From: an uncultured virus (IMG/VR IMGVR_UViG_3300021963_000039)
Taxonomy: Duplodnaviria; Heunggongvirae; Uroviricota; Caudoviricetes
DNA length: 20,000 nucleotides
Reading direction: 5' to 3' (one strand)
Virus record (IMG/VR): IMGVR_UViG_3300021963_000039
Of the stretch, positions 8,897 to 16,937 are shown one piece after another (the first letter of the stretch is position 1; each line of letters starts with the position of its first letter). The position numbers were made by a program, and so were the translations under genes. The notes beneath the pieces are model-generated. The model worked only from the letters and a program-made list of their open reading frames with translations. It was not told the origin of the DNA and searched no databases.

Positions 8897-9909
8897 GCTC
8901 CATAACTGAAATTACCCTTGGCGATTACATCAAGTTTTTCCATTACTTCTGGTGGAAAATATTTTTCAATATTTTTCAGGATGTCTTTGGCATAAAGTTT
9001 CTTACCATCAATTTCATATCGTCCGGCAACATTCTTCCACATTCCTCCCAATTCACCAAGTTCAAGAAGACCATAATAACGATCAAGACCTCGTTCATCA
9101 TAGAACAACCGAATTTGAACCTCTTGATTTTCTTTACTTAAACGAGACTTTTGAGTTTTAGCACGAATGATATTTCCAATTATTTCTGTTCCATCTTTTT
9201 CTTTTGATTTGGAAAGATAGATGATTGTAGAGGCAGCATATTGTAATCCAGAACCACCTGACATTTGTTTTCCACCATAAAGAGACATACTATCATAGGT
9301 GTGATTTGTCACCAGCATAGGAATCTTTGCTTGACCCAGTTTGAGAGTAAGCATACGGAAAGCACCCTTAATCAATTGTGCCTTCGTCATATCACGAGTA
9401 TCCTTCTCCGCAAGAGCATCATTAATCTCTTTATTTGTAGAAAGCATTCCCAAGGAGTCCAACACAAAGATACAAGGTTTTCTTTCTTCCTCCTTTTTCT
9501 TAAGGTAAATATCAACTGCCTTAAGTGTCTTGGTACGAAACTCTTCAACCGTGACTACATTAACAACCACCAAACGATTTGTATCAATTCCACGAGACTC
9601 TAATAGTGATTTAGTAATTGCGGATTCAGTATCAAAGTATAGACAGTACCCATCAGGATGAGTATCAAGAAAGTTCTTAACAACAGCGAGACTGAAGAAA
9701 GTTTTTCCCGTAGAAGTTTCACCCGCGATAGCAGTAATCTTATTGCCAGATACACCACCATATATACTGCCGGATACAAGAGCATTAAAAATGTACGAGC
9801 CCGTATCCACATAAGTTTCAGTTTCATCAATCTCTGATGCGAGTTGCGTATATTCTCCCCCAATCTCCTTTACAATATCTTTAAGAAAACTTAATCCAGA
9901 ATCAGTCAT
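8893..9909 (-). CDS. uvsX: UvsX RecA-like recombinase
   Basis: Walker A GETSTGKT, YFDTE, Walker B FVLDSLG, VTNHTY, GGSG; start at ATG 9909 with GGAGG RBS (track uses 9942). Confidence 0.93.
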   Translation of the reverse strand: MTDSGLSFLKDIVKEIGGEYTQLASEIDETETYVDTGSYIFNALVSGSIYGGVSGNKITAIAGETSTGKTFFSLAVVKNFLDTHPDGYCLYFDTESAITKSLLESRGIDTNRLVVVNVVTVEEFRTKTLKAVDIYLKKKEEERKPCIFVLDSLGMLSTNKEINDALAEKDTRDMTKAQLIKGAFRMLTLKLGQAKIPMLVTNHTYDSMSLYGGKQMSGGSGLQYAASTIIYLSKSKEKDGTEIIGNIIRAKTQKSRLSKENQEVQIRLFYDERGLDRYYGLLELGELGGMWKNVAGRYEIDGKKLYAKDILKNIEKYFPPEVMEKLDVIAKGNFSYGA

Positions 9910-9910
9910 T

Positions 9911-10048
9911 TCATTCCTCCTTTTGTTGTTGTTTGTCATCATAATTCATTTTATATTGCCAGAGTTTTTGATAAAGAGCGGCATCTCCACCTAATCTCAT
10001 AGCACTAATAATCGTATCAAGTTCTTTTTCGTTAATTGGCAAGTTCAT
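9911..10048 (-). CDS. 45-aa hypothetical protein (below the ORF-track cutoff)
   Basis: MNLPINEKELDTIISAMRLGGDAALYQKLWQYKMNYDDKQQQKEE; TAATG overlap with the gp43 stop; exactly fills the gp43-uvsX gap. Confidence 0.8.
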   Translation of the reverse strand: MNLPINEKELDTIISAMRLGGDAALYQKLWQYKMNYDDKQQQKEE

Positions 10049-12549
10049 TAGATAAAAAATGAATCAAGGTTTGCTGTATGTTCTGTTTTCCATCCAATCG
10101 AATCTAAAATAGACTTAAGTGGGTCCAAGAAGCTCTTCTCAAATTGTAGTTCATAATCAATATATTTGTCAAGTCCCAATTCTTTAGGAAAATCAGAAAT
10201 AAAGGAAATGACATTCTCTCGTATGATATTCGGTTTTTTTAAGAAAATATACTTCACTTTTTCTCCATTATTAATAAGTGAATATTTATGAGTAAGTTTT
10301 TTCTCCTTTATGTGATGATTAAACAAAAGAGAACCACGAATATGAATTGGAGTTCCTTTTGAGTATATTCCGTCACGAGAACTATACTTTCTTATATCTG
10401 ACGCTGTTCTGGGAAAGGCAATTTGCTCCGGAGAAAGAGTTCTAAACTCTTGCCGACATTCATTAATAAACTTGATTACCTCATCTTCGGTTCCACTCAT
10501 CATAATCTTTAACCCATCCTTAATCATTTTACGACAAGGTGCTGGAGTTGAGGATTTGACCGCTTCAATTCCCATCATCTTGAGTTTTGGTTCGGCATAA
10601 CGAACACCTTCACTATCCCATACATTTAGAATATAACGCTTCTTCGCAGTCCAGATTCCTCGGTCGGCAATATTCTCCCGCTTCATAATCATCTTCTGGT
10701 CGTAGGCATTCATATACTCCGCTAGTTCCTCATAGCAACCTTGAATATATTTTTCAATTTCGGTCTTACAGATTTTATCAAGAAACGAAACAACAGATTC
10801 GGTAGTTTTTTTCTTTTCCTTATATACGGCATTTACCAGAGGTCCCATATTCAGGTAATTACTATCAGTATCTACCGCAATCACATAATCAACATCATCA
10901 GTTTTAAGAATCTTATTTAGATAGGCATTAATTTTATTCTCAATCCAACGAATCGCAACCTGCCCCGAAAGAGTAATCGCTTCGGCATTCTCAAGTTTAT
11001 AATACCTAAACCATTCATTTCCAATCGCACCATACAAACTATTAATTTGTATCTTTCTTGCCATCTGGATATTGTTACATCTAGAAATCTCCTTCTCTAA
11101 CTCTTTTGTTTTTTTCTTTTCATATTCTTGCTTGGCAGAAAGCATTTTTTTCTTATAAAATTGCCTATCATTAAAAATCTTTTCTACAAGTTCTGGAAAT
11201 ATTCCTCTTTTAGTTTTATCGTATAAGCATCCGTTTGCGGTTACACATTTATTTTCAAGATTTCCAAAATTAACTTGTTTATGAATAACTCTTTCTACAG
11301 AAACATTTTTAATTTTTTCTTCTAAAAGTGTTTCTGGCGAGATGTTAAATTGCATAATCAGAGAAGGATATAGGGATGTTAAGTCAAAACTCACGACCCA
11401 ATCATAAACTCCGGGTACTGGTTCTTTTACATAGGCACCAGCATACTTTTCACTTTTTTCTGATTTAGTTTTAGGAGGAATTACAATATTTCTATCCTTA
11501 AGATAATTGTAAATGATAGTATCCCACATAGAAACTTGAGAGAATACGTCATTATAATTAACCTTGGCATCATATGCCATCGTAAGTGCCAGTTCAATTA
11601 GTTTCATCTTGTCTTCCAAACGGTCAACAAGTTCTACGTCCTTTATGTTATAAGCACAAAATTTCTGCCAACCTTTGGTATAAAAATCCTTAAAGGTATC
11701 AAACTCGGAGTGGTCCAGTTTTTTCTGTCCGAGTTCCACTTCGGCAATATAATCCAGACGATATGATTCCTGTGCCTTATAGGTAAACTTTTTATAAAGA
11801 TCCAAATAATCTAATTGTGATATGCCACCAATATTATAATAGATTTGATTTCTTCCCAGAACAAAGGTCTCCTTCTCGGACACTATTCCCCATGGAGAAA
11901 TACTCTTCATTAACTTTTCTCCAAGTATTTTTTCGAGACGACGAACCAAATAAGGAATATCGTAAAACATACTATTCCATCCAGTAATAACCTCTGGTGT
12001 ATTTTCCTCAATCATCCACCAGCAAATAAAATCATTTAACAGATCATACTCGGAAGAAAATTGCCGGTAAGTAACATTTTTTTGATTATTTTGATAAGGT
12101 CCAAGTCCCCAAGTTCGGATTTGTTTTGTATTATAATCCTGTAGAGTAATCAAAAGTACCTCTTCTGCTGCGGATTCTACATCAGGAAATCCGTTTTCTG
12201 ATGCGACCTCAATATCAATAGTGGTTAGTTTAATTTTACTAATATCAAACTTAATTTCAGTTTCTGGATATTTGTCAGAAATGTATTGATAAATGTACCG
12301 GTCATTCCCATAGATTTTAAAGTTTTCTACGTTATCATACTTTTTAAGAAACTCTCTACATTCTTTTACCGAACCCGGTTGAATAGATTCTACATATTCT
12401 CCCTGAAGTGTTTTATATTTGGTTGGTTTTTTAGACGAAACAAAAAGAGTTGGAGAGAACTTTTCACGAGTCATAAAGTGGTTTCCGTCTTTATAACCCC
12501 GAACCAAAAAGTAATCTCCAATCATAAGTACATTTGTATAAAAATTCAT
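10048..12549 (-). CDS. gp43: Family B DNA polymerase (gp43)
   Basis: Exonuclease motifs DIEV, GWNS.FYD, YNIKDV; polymerase motifs SFDLTSLYP, KIQINSLYG, DTDS, KKRY. Confidence 0.97.
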   Translation of the reverse strand: MNFYTNVLMIGDYFLVRGYKDGNHFMTREKFSPTLFVSSKKPTKYKTLQGEYVESIQPGSVKECREFLKKYDNVENFKIYGNDRYIYQYISDKYPETEIKFDISKIKLTTIDIEVASENGFPDVESAAEEVLLITLQDYNTKQIRTWGLGPYQNNQKNVTYRQFSSEYDLLNDFICWWMIEENTPEVITGWNSMFYDIPYLVRRLEKILGEKLMKSISPWGIVSEKETFVLGRNQIYYNIGGISQLDYLDLYKKFTYKAQESYRLDYIAEVELGQKKLDHSEFDTFKDFYTKGWQKFCAYNIKDVELVDRLEDKMKLIELALTMAYDAKVNYNDVFSQVSMWDTIIYNYLKDRNIVIPPKTKSEKSEKYAGAYVKEPVPGVYDWVVSFDLTSLYPSLIMQFNISPETLLEEKIKNVSVERVIHKQVNFGNLENKCVTANGCLYDKTKRGIFPELVEKIFNDRQFYKKKMLSAKQEYEKKKTKELEKEISRCNNIQMARKIQINSLYGAIGNEWFRYYKLENAEAITLSGQVAIRWIENKINAYLNKILKTDDVDYVIAVDTDSNYLNMGPLVNAVYKEKKKTTESVVSFLDKICKTEIEKYIQGCYEELAEYMNAYDQKMIMKRENIADRGIWTAKKRYILNVWDSEGVRYAEPKLKMMGIEAVKSSTPAPCRKMIKDGLKIMMSGTEDEVIKFINECRQEFRTLSPEQIAFPRTASDIRKYSSRDGIYSKGTPIHIRGSLLFNHHIKEKKLTHKYSLINNGEKVKYIFLKKPNIIRENVISFISDFPKELGLDKYIDYELQFEKSFLDPLKSILDSIGWKTEHTANLDSFFI

Positions 12550-12803
12550 CAGGAGACTATTTCAAGATACTTTTCAGTAATTTCTTTTTTTGGATCAACA
12601 ATCGTTAAAATACTATCAGAATGAATCAACATTTCATTTTGATCTGTAACATCAGGCCAAGGAGTTAGATTCCCTTCCTTATCAATTTGATGTGGATTGA
12701 TAAGTTTACAATCTGGTTCACCAAGTTGAGATCCCAATTCAGCAATTTCGGTAATTAATACCGTATTAATCTTCAAAAGAAGACACTTCACATTCCGTTC
12801 CAT
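12549..12803 (-). CDS. Conserved hypothetical protein (Sm-like beta fold suspected)
   Basis: GEPDCKLINP...IHSDSILTIVDP; resembles the upstream ORF; conserved position between hsp20 and gp43. Confidence 0.8.
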   Translation of the reverse strand: MERNVKCLLLKINTVLITEIAELGSQLGEPDCKLINPHQIDKEGNLTPWPDVTDQNEMLIHSDSILTIVDPKKEITEKYLEIVS

Positions 12804-13101
12804 TTACTTTTTCCTCGTACATTTTTTTAATATCGTTGACTGGTTCAACAATTGTTACAATCCAATCCGGTCGAACTGGAATCTCACTATCACTCGTAAA
12901 CATAATCCAAGAAGAGAATGTTACACTAACGGTGCCGTCTTCAGGTTCTGCTGGTTCTTCGGTTAAGAAAATTGAATTGCTGATTTGCATTTTATGGGGA
13001 TTTTTAAATAAGTATCCACATACCTTCTCATCAGAAATTAATTCCTTAATATCAGCGATTACGGATTCTCCAGATTTTAATAGAGCAATTTTTACAGACA
13101 T
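12766..13101 (-). CDS. Conserved hypothetical protein (Sm-like beta fold suspected)
   Basis: MSVKIALLKSGESVIADIKE...DWIVTIVEP; start reassigned to ATG 13101 (GAGAGGA RBS, downstream of the promoter). Confidence 0.8.
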   Translation of the reverse strand: MSVKIALLKSGESVIADIKELISDEKVCGYLFKNPHKMQISNSIFLTEEPAEPEDGTVSVTFSSWIMFTSDSEIPVRPDWIVTIVEPVNDIKKMYEEKVNGTECEVSSFED

Positions 13102-13122
13102 TTTTAGTTTTCCTCTCAATTC

Positions 13123-13150
13123 ATTATAGCACAAAAAAAGGAGGTGTCAA
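13123..13150 (-). promoter_or_regulatory. Sigma70-type early promoter for the gp43 operon
   Basis: TTGACA-16 nt-TATAAT with extended -10 (TGCTATAAT). Confidence 0.8.
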
Positions 13151-13173
13151 ACTGGTTTTTGCCAGTCACCTCC
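13133..13173 (-). terminator. Rho-independent terminator after hsp20
   Basis: GGAGGTG-ACTGG-CAAAAA-CCAGT-(TTGA bulge)-CACCTCC-TTTTTTT. Confidence 0.8.
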
Positions 13174-13206
13174 CTGTAGCAACGATATTTGGGTGGACCT
13201 CTGTAT

Positions 13207-13641
13207 TTAGATGTAATCTTTCCTCTTATGATGATCCGGGACAACTCTTCCGAGAGTAATTGATAAGAGTCCGTCCTCAAAATCAACAGATCTAACTTCT
13301 GTATCATCAGAAAGCGTCCAAGATCTGGTGAAGGATCTTTGAGCCAATCCTTTATGGAGGTAATTAGATTCTGTCTCTTTATCTTCTTTTTGACCTTCAA
13401 CGAAAAGTTTTCCATCTTGAGTATAAACAAAGACTTCTTTTTTTCTAAATCCGGCAAGAGCTAATTCGAGTCTTGATTCTAAATTATTGATTTGAACCAA
13501 GTTGTATGGAGGATAATTTGAAGTTGTTTCGTGAAGATTAAACAAACGATCAAAATATTCATCCAGTCCAATACTGTTTCTTGTGATCTTATCCATTAGA
13601 TTAGGAAGATCCGCAGCAGTATATCTTGTAAGATTAGTCAT
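13207..13641 (-). CDS. hsp20: Small heat shock protein (Hsp20/IbpA family)
   Basis: NYPPYNL, LELALAGF, YLHKGLAQRSF, DGLL.I.L; AAGGAG RBS. Confidence 0.95.
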   Translation of the reverse strand: MTNLTRYTAADLPNLMDKITRNSIGLDEYFDRLFNLHETTSNYPPYNLVQINNLESRLELALAGFRKKEVFVYTQDGKLFVEGQKEDKETESNYLHKGLAQRSFTRSWTLSDDTEVRSVDFEDGLLSITLGRVVPDHHKRKDYI

Positions 13642-13649
13642 TTTAGTAT

Positions 13650-13705
13650 CTCCTTAAAAAGCGAGGTTTGATTGTGTGGACCCCGAAGGCGTCCTTACTA
13701 TTATA
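13650..13705 (-). promoter_or_regulatory. hsp20 -10 box and structured 5' UTR (UUCG hairpin plus ROSE-like SD hairpin)
   Basis: TATAAT at 13700-13705; GGAC-G-CC-TTCG-GG-GTCC; CTC-G-CTT-TTT-AAG-GAG. Confidence 0.65.
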
Positions 13706-13716
13706 TATCAAGTAAC

Positions 13717-13751
13717 AATAAAAAAAGGAGTGTTGAACTCCCTACTTTATT
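13717..13751 (-). terminator. Rho-independent terminator after the 342-aa ORF
   Basis: GGGAG-TTCAACA-CTCCT followed by a T run, immediately after the stop codon. Confidence 0.65.
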
Positions 13752-14745
13752 ATTCGGTTATACTCAATATCATATTAAGAGAAGAATTGAGTGTTCCTCT
13801 ATTTTTATAATCCTTTGCTACCTTGTCCCAACCATTTCCCACTTTTGATCCAGTTTCATCGTTCATATACTTATCAATCCAATATAAAAGATAAGATACT
13901 GTGCGGTCCATATTGTCCCATCGAGTATCTTTACATACATTAGGGTCTTTAAACATGCCACCAGTCTTCCAAGTTTCGGTGATGTGAGTTAGACCATCCC
14001 AATCATCGCCGAAAGTATTTCCAACACCCTTTTCAATCAATTGCCACAGTTTGCGAAGTTTTTGATTGTTAGGACCATAATAGTAAAGGGACATAAGAGC
14101 AGCACTAATAAATGGTTGGCACCACCTATCTTTTCTCACCATAAGTTCATCAAGAGATTGGAGACATCCTTTAATCATCCAAAAAGAAAGTTGATCACGA
14201 AGTTGTTCAGAGTTCTTTACATTAGACTGATTCCATTCCGTTGGCTTCATAAGGTGACAAGCCTTATTCATACCAGAAAGAATAATTCCTTTGGAAAGTT
14301 TTTCATTCTTCGGGATATAATCATAAAATCCAGTAAGAATACCATAAACTTTTTGTTGATTTTTTTCCGTTGCTTCAGCAGAATCAAAAGTATCATAAGA
14401 CTCTTTTATTTGATCGAGATCCTCATACTCATATGTAATGGCAACCAACTTTTGCGGAAGATAATCAGATCCTTCCTTTTCCCAATTCAATGCTCTAGTA
14501 TTTCCATCTACCCTAAACACCATACCTTTTGAATACAATTTTCCTGCTACAGTACAGTCTTTTGTCAGACGAACCAGGTGAACAACACAGTGCTCTGGTC
14601 TAACTTCTTTAAGATGCCCCCTTGCTTTGGTCAATCGTGCTTCAGTATCTCTTTGACAAGGAACTTCAAGCAGGTTTAAAAAATCTTGCAGTGGATAATT
14701 ACAATTTACGGTAATGTTTCCTGTAAAATCTTTCGTTTCAATCAT
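13750..14745 (-). CDS. Hypothetical protein with a ParB/Srx-like N-terminal motif
   Basis: CQR near the N-terminus and FRVDGNTR (DGxxR) followed by a helical domain; probable start MIETK at 14745 (track uses GTG 14778). Confidence 0.55.
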   Translation of the reverse strand: MIETKDFTGNITVNCNYPLQDFLNLLEVPCQRDTEARLTKARGHLKEVRPEHCVVHLVRLTKDCTVAGKLYSKGMVFRVDGNTRALNWEKEGSDYLPQKLVAITYEYEDLDQIKESYDTFDSAEATEKNQQKVYGILTGFYDYIPKNEKLSKGIILSGMNKACHLMKPTEWNQSNVKNSEQLRDQLSFWMIKGCLQSLDELMVRKDRWCQPFISAALMSLYYYGPNNQKLRKLWQLIEKGVGNTFGDDWDGLTHITETWKTGGMFKDPNVCKDTRWDNMDRTVSYLLYWIDKYMNDETGSKVGNGWDKVAKDYKNRGTLNSSLNMILSITE

Positions 14746-14830
14746 TTTTTCACCAATTAGGATCAACAAACATTTCACTAACCATAAAGAAAGTGCCGCT
14801 AATGCAGGGAGTTTGCTGGTTTACAAAAAA

Positions 14831-14859
14831 ATTATAGACCATAAAAGGGGAAATGTCAA
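14831..14859 (-). promoter_or_regulatory. Sigma70-type early promoter
   Basis: Perfect TTGACA-17 nt-TATAAT. Confidence 0.85.
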
Positions 14860-14876
14860 CCCCCCCCCCTTTTTTT
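14843..14876 (-). terminator. Hairpin terminator, possibly bidirectional
   Basis: AAAAGGGG...CCCCTTTT inverted repeat right after the stop at 14879. Confidence 0.6.
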
Positions 14877-14878
14877 GA

Positions 14879-15127
14879 TTATTCGGTTTTTTCTGCTTCC
14901 TCAAGATGTTCCTTTAGAGCATTTTTCCACTGCTTTTCAGTATAACCACAGGCAATAAAAAATCTCCTTACCATTTCTAAAAATTGATTTTCATTTAGAT
15001 ATGGATCATCGCATCTAATATCCACATCTTCTTCGGGCAAAATAAACTTGGCATCCGGATTTGTGTGCCAAGCAGCATTTTCATTACTATGATTGTAACG
15101 AAATTGAAAACTTCCAGAAGCCATCAC
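14879..15127 (-). CDS. Hypothetical protein
   Basis: 82 aa ORF overlapping the regA stop and ending at a terminator. Confidence 0.7.
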   Translation of the reverse strand: MMASGSFQFRYNHSNENAAWHTNPDAKFILPEEDVDIRCDDPYLNENQFLEMVRRFFIACGYTEKQWKNALKEHLEEAEKTE

Positions 15128-15564
15128 TCAGCATCCTCAACAATTTTCTTTTTAGAACCAATATTATACTTAGTTTCTAAAACCCAATCTTCCTTATCCT
15201 TATAAGCAAGAACTTTGATTTGATTTAGTGGAGCAATATCCTGAATCTTGGCAACATCCACAATCTCAATCAAACCCCAATCCGCAAGAAGTTGAGCGAT
15301 TCGATTACGACGCTGAACGTCATTCACCGTAAGATTTGCGTGTTTGCCATCAAGTGCGAAAAGCTCTTTAAAATGCGTAATATAATAACGACCTTGTTTA
15401 TGAAGAATATGACAAGATTGATAAAGTTTTTTCTCTTTTCTTGATGCTACACCGATTCTCGTAAGAGTTTCACGAACCTTTAAAAAATCATCCGGTTCAT
15501 TAAGAATTACTTCCACCATTTGATCTGGAGTCCATTTCACAATAGGTTCATTTACGACTGACAT
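15124..15564 (-). CDS. regA: RegA translational repressor
   Basis: PDDFLKVRETLTRIGVAS...LYQSCHILHKQGRYYITHFKELF; probable start MSVVNE at 15564 with GAGGA RBS; CTAAATA at 15595-15601. Confidence 0.96.
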   Translation of the reverse strand: MSVVNEPIVKWTPDQMVEVILNEPDDFLKVRETLTRIGVASRKEKKLYQSCHILHKQGRYYITHFKELFALDGKHANLTVNDVQRRNRIAQLLADWGLIEIVDVAKIQDIAPLNQIKVLAYKDKEDWVLETKYNIGSKKKIVEDAE

Positions 15565-15629
15565 AATTTTCCTCAAAATTATTTACATATCTTTTATTTA
15601 GGTTTTGTATCCTTTGGGTCATTTATAAA

Positions 15630-16013
15630 TTATTTTGTTCCTCCGGTTTCAATTTTTGACTTTATAAAATTAAGTTGCTCTTTGGTGAGAACTCTCAACG
15701 CTTGTTTTGCCTTCTCATTACTATATCCATAATAACTTTTGACACAATCAAGATCTTTGATTTTATCTTTATAAATCCAAGGAGAATATCTTTTCCTTTT
15801 TCTCAAACTATTTAAGTAAAATGAATATTGAATATCTTTGTCAAGATGATGATTGATATTCATTTCATTTACATACATAATTGTATCTATCTCACCGGAC
15901 AAGCACTTGTTAATCACAAACGGAACATATTCCTTGATAAGAGATGGATCTTCCTCCAACAGATTTTTCTTGGAGAAATTGATCGAGTTTAACCAGTCTT
16001 TTAATTCAGTCAC
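15630..16013 (-). CDS. gp62: Clamp loader small subunit (gp62)
   Basis: ELKDWLNSIN, YVPFVINKCLS, YYGYSNEKA; upstream of regA; probable GTG start at 16013. Confidence 0.92.
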   Translation of the reverse strand: MTELKDWLNSINFSKKNLLEEDPSLIKEYVPFVINKCLSGEIDTIMYVNEMNINHHLDKDIQYSFYLNSLRKRKRYSPWIYKDKIKDLDCVKSYYGYSNEKAKQALRVLTKEQLNFIKSKIETGGTK

Positions 16014-16908
16014 CAATCAATCCCTCACTTTTTAATCTATTGTAATTATAACATCCATCAAAATTAAATTGGATTTTTGGAGTTTTATTATAATTAAATA
16101 ACAATAGTTCCTTTCTTTGCTTTTGATCTCGCATATATTCACCAACCGAACGCATCGTATAAGTTAGATCAAACTCTGCGGCAGTCCAGTTCTTAAAACG
16201 GTCTTTTACTAACTGATCTGAATTGTAACTAATCAACTGATCCATAGTATTAGCATCACAATCAGCAGCAAACTTATCGTGATCGAATCCTTTGTGCATT
16301 GCTCCCTTGCGCCCATAGAGATTATCCTTAATATCATAAGGAGGATCAAGATACATAAAGGCACCCATATTTCCATCCATCAAATAATCATAGGAATAAT
16401 TGGTTATTCTCCATTTAGAGATAAGTTTAGAATACTCGGGCAGTTTCTCAATTCCACGAAAACTAAAATTAGAGTTGGATGCCTGTGCCGAAAATGAAGA
16501 ACTTTCAGTCAGTCCAGAGAAGGAACATTTATTTACAATATAAAATGCTATGGCACGATCTACTGAAGTTTCTGCCGGATCATTAATCATATCCTTTGCG
16601 GCAAGAAAAAGTTCCTTTGCTGCTTCTGGATTATAGTGATTTGATTTTTCACGAGAAAGAGTATCTCGTAAATCATCCGGAAATGTCTGTAGTACCTGCC
16701 AGAAATTTACAAGAGGTTCATAAAGGTCATTTACCCAAATCTTGATGTTTGGATATTTTTTTGTAATATGAATTGCAACACTTCCACCACCAACGAATGG
16801 TTCCCGAAACTCATCATAGTTTCGTAGGTCGGGAAAATGTGGGTCCATCTTGACGCAAGCACGAGACTTACCCCCAGGGTAGCGCAACGGCGTTTTAAGA
16901 GATTTCAT
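16006..16908 (-). CDS. dam: Dam-family DNA adenine methyltransferase
   Basis: LRYPGGKS, EPFVGGGSV, YLDPPY, ISYN; probable start MKSLK at 16908 (alternative 16920). Confidence 0.92.
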   Translation of the reverse strand: MKSLKTPLRYPGGKSRACVKMDPHFPDLRNYDEFREPFVGGGSVAIHITKKYPNIKIWVNDLYEPLVNFWQVLQTFPDDLRDTLSREKSNHYNPEAAKELFLAAKDMINDPAETSVDRAIAFYIVNKCSFSGLTESSSFSAQASNSNFSFRGIEKLPEYSKLISKWRITNYSYDYLMDGNMGAFMYLDPPYDIKDNLYGRKGAMHKGFDHDKFAADCDANTMDQLISYNSDQLVKDRFKNWTAAEFDLTYTMRSVGEYMRDQKQRKELLLFNYNKTPKIQFNFDGCYNYNRLKSEGLIGD

Positions 16909-16911
16909 ACT
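16893..16911. repeat. 19-bp direct repeat, copy 1 (dam start region)
   Basis: ttttaagagatttcatact, identical to 17628-17646. Confidence 0.9.
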
Positions 16912-16937
16912 ACTACTCATCGGTTTCAAAATTAAAA

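Noticed and set aside
9600..9863. Alternative-frame minus ORF inside uvsX
   Set aside because: Nested in a conserved gene; composition typical of an off-frame read
6966..12549. Inteins or introns in gp41, uvsX or gp43
   Set aside because: ORFs are continuous, of normal length and lack splicing or homing-endonuclease motifs
13116..13457. Alternative-frame ORF overlapping hsp20
   Set aside because: Off-frame and runs through the terminator and promoter
14860..14869. Poly-C10 tract as a phase-variation switch
   Set aside because: It lies upstream of the -35 box rather than in the spacer or a CDS, and is explained as a hairpin arm; its length may be a sequencing artefact
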